Positions 19,882 to 28,156 of a stretch of DNA of 64,000 nucleotides are shown piece by piece. Origin of the DNA: a phage; the NCBI GenBank assembly GCA_018093385.1, contig GCA_018093385.1_4808.1. One strand, given 5' to 3'. The notes beneath the pieces are model-generated. The model ran no database searches. It worked only from the letters and a program-made list of their open reading frames with translations, and was not told the origin of the DNA. Position numbers and translations under genes: made by a program. Each line of letters starts with the position of its first letter. Position 1 is the stretch's first letter.

Positions 19882-20234
19882 CAACTCTAACCATTGAAGT
19901 GAACGAAAATAATGACCTTTTTCTACCTGATGGAAGAAACTTAAATATTCTTTCAGGAGAAAAAGCGATGGTGCAAGTAATCAAGGCCGCGCATCAGATG
20001 CGACTTGGTGAAGACTTGTACGATATAGAAAACGGGGTCGATTATTTGGGGACCGTTTTCAAGTCGCCCGTTGACGAAGACGGTGCGCGAAAGTCGATTG
20101 CAGATGCTATTCTGAAGAAAGCAGACGTTGCCGGAATCGACTCATTGACTGTCACCATCCAAAACGGTATCCTTGGATTCACTGCAGAAGTGGTGACTAT
20201 TTATGGCGAACGTATAAAGGTGAGTAATCAATAA
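19878..20234 (+). CDS. hypothetical protein
   Basis: ORF in track, probable TTG start. Confidence 0.4.
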   Translation: MTTLTIEVNENNDLFLPDGRNLNILSGEKAMVQVIKAAHQMRLGEDLYDIENGVDYLGTVFKSPVDEDGARKSIADAILKKADVAGIDSLTVTIQNGILGFTAEVVTIYGERIKVSNQ

Positions 20235-20500
20235 TGGCACAAGTAATTCATTTTGCAAATGGCGTCATGAAATTTGGCGAAAAATTTGAAGACGCATCAG
20301 AGCTGTTTAATAAGAAGGTTGAGCCTGTTACAGAAATCAAAGAGCAGGTCGAAGAAAAGTCCGTTGAACAAAAACTCGATTTTGATTCCATGAGCGTTTC
20401 AGAATTGAAGTCTTACGCCAAAGAAAATGGCATCGACATCAAGGGTCTTTCTTATAAGGATGAAATTCTTGCTGCAGTTAAATCTGCATCTGCGGAGTAA
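20234..20500 (+). CDS. hypothetical protein with C-terminal HeH/Rho-N-like motif
   Basis: SVSELKSYAKENGIDIKGLSYKDEILAAV. Confidence 0.45.
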   Translation: MAQVIHFANGVMKFGEKFEDASELFNKKVEPVTEIKEQVEEKSVEQKLDFDSMSVSELKSYAKENGIDIKGLSYKDEILAAVKSASAE

Positions 20501-20502
20501 AC

Positions 20503-21000
20503 ATGGTCAATATTAGTGGATTTGGCACAAGCATTAGAATTGTCGCTCTTCAATCTTTTCCTGTTGGGCTGAATATCAGTTCTTTGTCTGATGACCAGGA
20601 TTCGCTAATTATTGAGGAAGTTGAATCAGTAGGTTATCAACTTACTTATGACGGCGGCATTTGCATATACGACAAAGCCGCCGTCGTTCGCGTATCCATT
20701 GCGGTCATTCCAAACACTGAAGATGACATAAATCTTAAGCTTTTATTATCTGCCCGTAAAGGTGGATTCAAGTGGTTGCCAATTCAGGATGTGACATCGA
20801 TGCTCATTACATATCCTGACGGTGGAAGGGTGGCATTCTCTAACGGAACGATAATCAGCGGTCCGCTTGGTGACTCCATAGAGCAATCAGGCCGTCGCAA
20901 GACAAACCGATACACATTTGTGTTTGCCAGCTACGGTGGCGCACAGAGCACGTCTCAAGTTGCCAAGGGCGTGGTGCAGAGCATATTGGGGTCCATTTAA
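20503..21000 (+). CDS. tail tube-like paralog
   Basis: N-terminus MVNISGFGTSIRIVA parallels MINVSGFGASIRLVA of 19085 gene; similar length. Confidence 0.5.
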   Translation: MVNISGFGTSIRIVALQSFPVGLNISSLSDDQDSLIIEEVESVGYQLTYDGGICIYDKAAVVRVSIAVIPNTEDDINLKLLLSARKGGFKWLPIQDVTSMLITYPDGGRVAFSNGTIISGPLGDSIEQSGRRKTNRYTFVFASYGGAQSTSQVAKGVVQSILGSI

Positions 21001-21533
21001 TGGCTATCGATTTACTGTCATATAGTCTATCAAACAGAAGCTTCACGATAAAGAGCTTCAACCTTGGAGAAGTATCCACGCTTGGATGGGCCATAGTCAA
21101 CGTCAAAATAAGACTCCAAGCGAAGATATTCAAAAACCAAAGGGAAGACGGCAGCTATATTGTCGATGGCAGAGTAAAGATGCCGCGAATACTCACTGTC
21201 ACCGTGATAGCTCAGACGAAAAGCGCATCAGATGCAATAGCTAAGATGTTGCAAAACAGGTCGACTATATACACAATTAATTCCCGTGGTTTAATATTCG
21301 AACGTATGGTGCTGCAAAATAACAACTTCAGCCAGGACGCTGACAATATAACGTCTCAGCCCATACAATTGGTCTTCCATGAGATATTAACACAGCAGGA
21401 TGTGTCTATTCAAACAGCGCAGGCAGGCGACTCAACAGTAATAGAGCGCGGCATTGCATACATAAAAGAAACTTCTGCCAGCGTCACTGGCGTCGCTACA
21501 AAGGTGATGAATGGTATCAAGGGGATGTTCTGA
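21000..21533 (+). CDS. hypothetical tail protein
   Basis: ORF in track. Confidence 0.4.
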   Translation: MAIDLLSYSLSNRSFTIKSFNLGEVSTLGWAIVNVKIRLQAKIFKNQREDGSYIVDGRVKMPRILTVTVIAQTKSASDAIAKMLQNRSTIYTINSRGLIFERMVLQNNNFSQDADNITSQPIQLVFHEILTQQDVSIQTAQAGDSTVIERGIAYIKETSASVTGVATKVMNGIKGMF

Positions 21534-22093
21534 TGGACTTCGTTTCGATTCTGCTTTCTGGTCAATCTTTGACCATAACGAATGAGTCAACAGGTCTTCC
21601 TGTCTGGACAAGGCTTTCACCTGTTTCTGCAGAAATAACATCCCCAGCAGAAACAACTCAATTCCCTCTTGCTGGTACAGCCATGCAGGTTGTCGAAGTA
21701 TCAAGCACGTCATCAGTAAGCAATTTACAGGCTGCAAAGGTTGTAATGCCAGCCCATATGGCGTTAAACGTAATTTGCAATGACCAGTCTACAATTGAAA
21801 ATATCATAAATTCATTTGATGATGACGAAGTCACATTTTCAATAACTTCACGAAGCATCATTGCCAGTAAAATGTCGATGTCCGACGTTGAAATAACCCA
21901 GTCAGAAGAAAACTTGAATGGAGTCTCAATAGTAATAACCTTCGAGCAAACGTCATTTAGCATTCAAGGAAGCTTCGACCCTAAACAATCTGCAGACGAA
22001 TCATCAAATGGTGTTGCTATTAAAGAACCAGTCAGTTTGACTACAACTGTGAGTTCGTTATATAATAAAATAAAATCAACAGTAGGAATATAA
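21533..22093 (+). CDS. hypothetical tail protein
   Basis: ORF in track. Confidence 0.4.
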   Translation: MDFVSILLSGQSLTITNESTGLPVWTRLSPVSAEITSPAETTQFPLAGTAMQVVEVSSTSSVSNLQAAKVVMPAHMALNVICNDQSTIENIINSFDDDEVTFSITSRSIIASKMSMSDVEITQSEENLNGVSIVITFEQTSFSIQGSFDPKQSADESSNGVAIKEPVSLTTTVSSLYNKIKSTVGI

Positions 22094-22094
22094 A

Positions 22095-22511
22095 ATGAAG
22101 ATCACCAACAAACAAACTGGTCGTACAGTAGAAATTAAAATCAGCAAAATGACTGCGATGGAAGGATGGAATATTCAGCGTCGCTTTGTCGAATTTGCAA
22201 TGTCGAAAGACCCTGCGTTCCGTTCAGAGTATACGATGGAAGTGTTGAGCTTCGCAAAAGTCGAGCTTGATGTGGGCCAAGAAATCCCATTAAGCACTGG
22301 TGCACTAATTGACAACCATCTTGGTGACTGGGAAAACCTTAAAGAAGTCTTCGAAGCAGTCCTCATGGAGAACGGTATAAACCCAGATACTCACGCCGAG
22401 CGTGAAGGCTACTGGGAACAAGCTGGCGGCGAAATGGCTGCAGCATTCATCGGCGAATCGATGCGATTAATCGCGCCATTCCTCAGCGGCGAGACTCCAA
22501 ACAAGGGGTAA
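22095..22511 (+). CDS. putative tail assembly chaperone
   Basis: Position immediately upstream of tape measure gene. Confidence 0.4.
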   Translation: MKITNKQTGRTVEIKISKMTAMEGWNIQRRFVEFAMSKDPAFRSEYTMEVLSFAKVELDVGQEIPLSTGALIDNHLGDWENLKEVFEAVLMENGINPDTHAEREGYWEQAGGEMAAAFIGESMRLIAPFLSGETPNKG

Positions 22512-22514
22512 ACT

Positions 22515-24695
22515 GTGTCTGACTCATTAGAAAAATTTGTGCTTCAATATACGGTGGACTTGAAAGAGTCCATCAATCGTCTTGAGCAATTGCAAGATAA
22601 AGTTGATCAGACAAACAAAAAGGCGAAATCCGCTGGAAAAGATTTCTCTGGAGCATTCAAAGATGTTTTTGGCGAGCTAAAGCCGCTTACTGGTGAGCTA
22701 GGGTCAATTGACGGAATACTTGCGCGGCTGACATATCGTTTTGCCGCGCTTGTTCCTGTGGTAGCAGGATTGGCTGTCGTCGTCAAATCCATCGTTGATG
22801 TTCGAAAAGAATACGAAGCGCAAAGAAAGCTTGGTTTTGAAGCCGGACTGTCTCCAATGGGTGTCGAACAACTACAACGACAGTTGAATGAAAGTTCAGG
22901 TGGCATCCTTGGCGCACAGGGGTCGCGCGATTTAATCAGCAAAGCTTCTAATCTGGCATTCAATGCATACACCAACCCCGATGTGATGAACAAGGACAAC
23001 TTGTTGTTGAACAAGATGGGGACAAGTCCTTTCAACAGTAACGGCGGCATCAAAGACACGAATCAGCTGCTTGATGAAATTGGAACAAAGCTGAGAAGTG
23101 TTAATGAGCAAACCGCTCGTGCCATTGGTGCTTTGGCAGGATTCACGGCTGATGAAGTCCGCGCCCTTCGTGAGCGCAACCAGTCTGTGAAAGAAAGCAC
23201 CCGTATAAGCGACGAAGAAACCGCGAAGCTGCAAAGACAGCAAGCTGCTCTTGAGACTATACGAAATAGTATGGGGCAAATTCAAGAAGATTGGCGGCGT
23301 ATTGAGTTGGTAATTGGTGAAAATGTCATGCCTGCATTCTCGACTCTTGTCAGCAAAACTGCTGATACAGTCGAAGGATTCCAGATGATGTTTCAGAGAA
23401 TGTCTGACGGATGGAGCGAATTTGTCGACAACTTCATCGCTGACTTGAAACATCCGTTTGACAAGCAGGCCGCTGTCAACGAACGTCACGAAAGAGCGGT
23501 TGACCGATGGATCACCCAAATGGCTGATGGCGATGTTAAACGCCAAAGGAATCAAGAACAGAACGCTGCTGAACAACGTTCTGCACAGGCTCTTTTTACT
23601 CGTGATATAAATCTTTTTTCAAGTGCTGTGTCAACCTTTGCTGGCGTGATTGATGAGCGTCAAGCTTGGGCGGCATGGGCAGGTGAAATCGGGCGCAGCG
23701 CAGGGCAATCCGCGATGCCTGGAACACCAGCATTGAATACTGGCGCGACCGTAGGGAATAATCTTGGGTCAGGGAATCCGACAGCATATGACTCAATATA
23801 TGAGGAAGCTTCAAAACGCTATGGCATACCTGTAGCGATGATGAAGGCTGTAACTGAAGTCGAATCTGGATTCAATCCAAATGCTGTGAGCGGAGCAGGC
23901 GCGACTGGTTTGATGCAAATCATGCCTTCTAACTTCAAGGGTCTTGGAATAACAGATGGTAATGATCCTCGACAAAACATTATGGGCGGCGCTCAACTTT
24001 TGAAAGAGTATCTTAACGCCGCCAACGGCGATTGGAATCTTGCGCTGACGATGTATCACGGCGGCTACGACCGAAGCGGCTGGGGCAAGAACACACGCGC
24101 GTATCCTGGAAAGGTGATGGCCGCTCTCGACCGACAATCCAATGGCGAGTATGCCACGGCAGCGCCGCAAGGTGCACCAGTTACTCCAGTACTTAGCGGT
24201 AGCGGAGCGGAAGCGCCAAAGGGCCGTTATGCACCAGTACAAGGTCAATCGCGCCAAACGGTGCAATACAGGCAATTGCAAGAAGCCATTGCAGGATACC
24301 TGAACGTACCAGTTGAGCAGTTGATGCAGGGACAAGTCAACAAAGGTGATATTGACTTTGCTCAAACTTACCTTAAGCTTGGCACGCAAAGGGATTATAT
24401 TAAAAACATGCAACTGGCTTCAACTCCAGGTGTAAGACCGAACATTCAAGCCGAAGCTATGAAAAACGCTCGTCTTGCTGCATTCCAACTTGAAGCATTT
24501 CAGAAATACGGCGGCGACCTTTCCGCGAATAGTCGACCTGGTGGGCGTGATATTACTATGGGTCAGAAAAACGTTGTCATCAACGTCAACGGCGCTCAAG
24601 ACCCACGCAGCACGGCATTCGAAACGAAACGAGTGCTTGAACAAGATGATATAAACGACATAAACAACCTTACTGCTACACCTTTGAAGTGGTGA
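22515..24695 (+). CDS. tape measure protein with soluble lytic transglycosylase domain
   Basis: 726 aa; SLT motif EVESGFNPNAVSGAGATGLMQIMP ... YHGGY; helical N-terminal part. Confidence 0.75.
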   Translation: MSDSLEKFVLQYTVDLKESINRLEQLQDKVDQTNKKAKSAGKDFSGAFKDVFGELKPLTGELGSIDGILARLTYRFAALVPVVAGLAVVVKSIVDVRKEYEAQRKLGFEAGLSPMGVEQLQRQLNESSGGILGAQGSRDLISKASNLAFNAYTNPDVMNKDNLLLNKMGTSPFNSNGGIKDTNQLLDEIGTKLRSVNEQTARAIGALAGFTADEVRALRERNQSVKESTRISDEETAKLQRQQAALETIRNSMGQIQEDWRRIELVIGENVMPAFSTLVSKTADTVEGFQMMFQRMSDGWSEFVDNFIADLKHPFDKQAAVNERHERAVDRWITQMADGDVKRQRNQEQNAAEQRSAQALFTRDINLFSSAVSTFAGVIDERQAWAAWAGEIGRSAGQSAMPGTPALNTGATVGNNLGSGNPTAYDSIYEEASKRYGIPVAMMKAVTEVESGFNPNAVSGAGATGLMQIMPSNFKGLGITDGNDPRQNIMGGAQLLKEYLNAANGDWNLALTMYHGGYDRSGWGKNTRAYPGKVMAALDRQSNGEYATAAPQGAPVTPVLSGSGAEAPKGRYAPVQGQSRQTVQYRQLQEAIAGYLNVPVEQLMQGQVNKGDIDFAQTYLKLGTQRDYIKNMQLASTPGVRPNIQAEAMKNARLAAFQLEAFQKYGGDLSANSRPGGRDITMGQKNVVINVNGAQDPRSTAFETKRVLEQDDINDINNLTATPLKW

Positions 24696-24699
24696 TAAT

Positions 24700-25572
24700 T
24701 TGAAAAAGAGAATCCTTAAAGTCACCTTATCTATGCCGGATGGCACAAGCCAAGTGCTTGATGAAGGATTGATGCTTAGATGCCGAATCAAAAAGGCAGC
24801 ACTTTCCGTGCAAAATAAGGCCACAATCGAAGTCGCAGGATTGACAGGGTACTTGAGAGAGTACCTGCTTTCCAACTTCACCGCATTCAACAAACGTCTG
24901 CGTGATCAAGGCCAATTGGCGGCGAATTATGTCAACGTAACAATTGAAGCTGGATATAGAGAAGGCAACGTTGTTAGTAGCAACTTAGTCTACAAGGGGC
25001 AAGTCACAACGGTCGAGATAACAGCGCCGCCGCCGAACATCGTCATACGCATCACTTGCTACACCAACCAGATAAACAGGACTAAGTTTATCACTCAAGC
25101 TGCACCGTCAAACCCAACATTCAAAGAGTTTGTGGAGTGGTCGGCAAAGCAAATGGATATTGATACTGTTATATGCGATACTTCGATTAACAATCAGCGC
25201 CTTGTTAACCCAGGCCGCACAACATATGTTGCAGCCGCCTTGCTGCTTGAGATTCAGAACTATCAAAGGAACTCTATTGCGGCATATATCGATGATGATA
25301 CGCTCATCGTCAAGGATAAAGACAAAATTCTGAATCCAGAACAGATAACGGTGATTGAGGAATTTGTCGGAATACCGATGTGGAACGAGTGGGGCGCTGA
25401 CTTCACTTGCATGTATAACGCGGATTTGAAGCTTGCCCAAGGTGTGAAATTCAAATCAGTCTTAAACCCAAGCTTGAACGACACCACATTTGTCATCATG
25501 CAACTTGAATATGATTTAGCAAGTCGTGATGATATATTTACGGTGACGGGCGGCGTTGCACCATCGGCCTGA
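24700..25572 (+). CDS. putative baseplate/distal tail protein
   Basis: ORF after tape measure; probable TTG start. Confidence 0.4.
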   Translation: MKKRILKVTLSMPDGTSQVLDEGLMLRCRIKKAALSVQNKATIEVAGLTGYLREYLLSNFTAFNKRLRDQGQLAANYVNVTIEAGYREGNVVSSNLVYKGQVTTVEITAPPPNIVIRITCYTNQINRTKFITQAAPSNPTFKEFVEWSAKQMDIDTVICDTSINNQRLVNPGRTTYVAAALLLEIQNYQRNSIAAYIDDDTLIVKDKDKILNPEQITVIEEFVGIPMWNEWGADFTCMYNADLKLAQGVKFKSVLNPSLNDTTFVIMQLEYDLASRDDIFTVTGGVAPSA

Positions 25573-25574
25573 AT

Positions 25575-26096
25575 ATGAGAAAGAATAAAGTAATTGAGCT
25601 GTTTGGAGTTACTTATGAAATACACCAATTCAGCGCAATAGACGCGTTTGAAATGGTTGATGCGATAAGCATATTAACTCCACTTGAATTATTAAGTGAA
25701 TGTCATGTTATTAAATATGACGGAACTAAAGTCAGATTAAACTCTGAGAAGGCCATCAGTGAAGAAGTGAAAAGTGTGCCAAATCACTTGCCGCCCAACC
25801 TTGTATTGAAAGTTCTAATGGAAGCGGTAAAGAAGCACAATTTTGGATTCCTCAGTGATTGGAAAGGCACTAAGATTCCAAATAGATTCTTGGCTGACGT
25901 CCCGACCGTAGAGCCTAATTATCTTGAGCCGATGGTTGCAAGCCTAATAAACAATGGTCTTGCTTCGTTAAAAGAATTGGAAGAATATTATTCATTGCGT
26001 GATGCATTCGCTATGTTTGATGGACTAATAGCAAAATCACTTAATGAAGCCTACTCAAACGAAGCTGCCATTAAAGAATCAAAGTCAAATCGCTAA
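25575..26096 (+). CDS. hypothetical baseplate protein
   Basis: ORF in track. Confidence 0.4.
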   Translation: MRKNKVIELFGVTYEIHQFSAIDAFEMVDAISILTPLELLSECHVIKYDGTKVRLNSEKAISEEVKSVPNHLPPNLVLKVLMEAVKKHNFGFLSDWKGTKIPNRFLADVPTVEPNYLEPMVASLINNGLASLKELEEYYSLRDAFAMFDGLIAKSLNEAYSNEAAIKESKSNR

Positions 26097-26153
26097 AATA
26101 TTGCTTATAGACTCCTTATAGATTATAATTTGTTGATCAGATATAAGGAGTCT

Positions 26154-26882
26154 ATGATGGCAGAGAAGTTAACTCAACTTACAAGCCCCAACCAAACTGA
26201 CAAATCAAGTATGTTTGCCGCGCTGCAGGGAATGCTGGACCGTGGCAAGTATACCACTGACGGCATGATTCCTGCACAAGTAATATCTTATGACCGCAAA
26301 CAGAATTTAGCAGTCATAAAGCCTGTTATTCATTTCGTAAGTCTTGATGATAAACCAGTGGAGCGTCAACCTCTGGTGTCAATTCCTGTATTGGCAATCG
26401 GCGGCGGCGGCTTTGTAATCAACTTTCCTTTGAAAGAAGGTGATTTGGGCTGGATATTCGCTGGCGACCGCGAGTTGTCGACATTCCTTGAAGAATTGAA
26501 GCCGACCGCGCCCACCAATGGTCGCGCGAAAACTTTCGCTGATGGACTGTTCATACCGGATGTATTTCGAAAATACACCATAAGCGGAGAGGATGCAGGC
26601 TCAATGGTAATTCAGTCCCTCAGCGGCGCTGTACGAATTGCATTAAGTGATGACTCGATAAACATAACCGCATCAGCTGGGGTAAACGTGAAAACACCAA
26701 TCACCACTATCGACCAACAACTGATAGTGAATGGAAAGGCAACATTCAATGGTGGTATAGAAGGGAAAGAAGGAACGACGGCAACGCTTCCGACTGGCAC
26801 CACAATCGGCGGCACAAATGTATCCACTCACGGGCACATAGGTAACGGACCTGGAAACAGAACTGGGGATATGATAGAATGA
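26154..26882 (+). CDS. putative baseplate central spike protein
   Basis: OB-fold-like region with GGGG motif (VLAIGGGGFVINFPLKEGDLGWIF); C-terminal STHGHIGNGPGN; RBS AAGGAG before ATG 26154. Confidence 0.45.
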   Translation: MMAEKLTQLTSPNQTDKSSMFAALQGMLDRGKYTTDGMIPAQVISYDRKQNLAVIKPVIHFVSLDDKPVERQPLVSIPVLAIGGGGFVINFPLKEGDLGWIFAGDRELSTFLEELKPTAPTNGRAKTFADGLFIPDVFRKYTISGEDAGSMVIQSLSGAVRIALSDDSINITASAGVNVKTPITTIDQQLIVNGKATFNGGIEGKEGTTATLPTGTTIGGTNVSTHGHIGNGPGNRTGDMIE

Positions 26883-28150
26883 GTGCACAATATTCTTACA
26901 TAGTAAGCACTGGTGTAATAACCATCGACACAGCCGATTTGCTGGCTGACGTTCAAAGTGAATGGATTGAGTCATTAGGGGTCGGGCTTGACGTTGATGC
27001 ATCGACACCGCAAGGCACCCTAATCGCGACAGAGACTTTGGCAAGAACTTCAGTCATGAAGAACAACGCCGAGCTGGGAAGTCTCATCAACCCTAATTAT
27101 TCATATGGCGTATACCTTGATGCCATCGCGGCATTGCTTGGTATTGAGCGAACGAAAAACATCAGCACGATGTTGAAAGGAATTACCGCAGAAGGAACGC
27201 CGCTGTTGGAAATTCCTGCTGGAAGTTTGCTGACGGATTCAAACGGCACATACTGGTATGTTCTTGAAGACGTTCAAATCACTTCGACTGGCAAGACAAG
27301 CAACATGACTCTTGCATCAAAAGATTATGGCTCATTTACTGTTGCCCCTGATGAAGAGTTTACAGTGGTGCAAGGTTATGACGTCATCGGATGGTCAAGA
27401 ACGTATTCAACATCATCAACGACGACTGTGCCAGGGACGCAATACATGGGCGACGGAGCGTTAAAGGCCGCACGCGTTAAGCGTCTTTACCAGCAGGGCA
27501 TTGCATCGCTTGGTGCCATTCGCGCTCGCGCCATGTCTGTCGACGGCGTGGAATCTGTGATGGTCGTGGAGAACGACACGGGATTGCCTGGAACGGTACG
27601 CGGCATCACCTTTTCAACGCCTAACGGTGTTTGGGTGTGCGCAAGCGGAACTTTCGATAAGCAAGTTTTTGCTGAGACCATTTTCAAAGCGAAAATGGGC
27701 GGCCAGCCGTGGGACTTTGGTGCTGACAACCAGGGCAATCCAGTCAACTCTCCTGATGGAATAGAAGTTGTCGACGAAGAATCACAACTGTCTTATTTTG
27801 TGAAGTTCAACACTGCAGTAATATATGACTTGTATGTCGATATTACTGTTTCAAGAGGCACCGCAACCGCCGATGCGGAATCTATTATTGCCGCTGTGTT
27901 GAATTACGGCAATGGCAATTTTAACGGTGAGCAAGGGTATACAGTAGGTCAATCTCAATCTTCTTTTGAAATTGCTTCAGCAGTGTCTTGCGAGTATCCA
28001 GGCTTGTATATTAAAGATTGCAAAATTGCAGCAGTTAAAAGCGGACAGGCAGCGCCAAATTATCCATCCGATTACGGCAGCGAGTGGATTGCAAATCCTT
28101 GGGATAAGGCGAATACTATGCGCGGCTTCATCAACGTTAAATTTGTGTGA
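26879..28150 (+). CDS. baseplate J-like protein
   Basis: 423 aa after spike gene; order typical of baseplate wedge. Confidence 0.45.
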   Translation: MSAQYSYIVSTGVITIDTADLLADVQSEWIESLGVGLDVDASTPQGTLIATETLARTSVMKNNAELGSLINPNYSYGVYLDAIAALLGIERTKNISTMLKGITAEGTPLLEIPAGSLLTDSNGTYWYVLEDVQITSTGKTSNMTLASKDYGSFTVAPDEEFTVVQGYDVIGWSRTYSTSSTTTVPGTQYMGDGALKAARVKRLYQQGIASLGAIRARAMSVDGVESVMVVENDTGLPGTVRGITFSTPNGVWVCASGTFDKQVFAETIFKAKMGGQPWDFGADNQGNPVNSPDGIEVVDEESQLSYFVKFNTAVIYDLYVDITVSRGTATADAESIIAAVLNYGNGNFNGEQGYTVGQSQSSFEIASAVSCEYPGLYIKDCKIAAVKSGQAAPNYPSDYGSEWIANPWDKANTMRGFINVKFV

Positions 28151-28156
28151 GGAACT

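Noticed and set aside
22932-24893. Three long minus-strand ORFs (214, 200, 157 aa)
   Set aside because: All antisense within the tape measure gene and its downstream neighbour; typical shadow ORFs.
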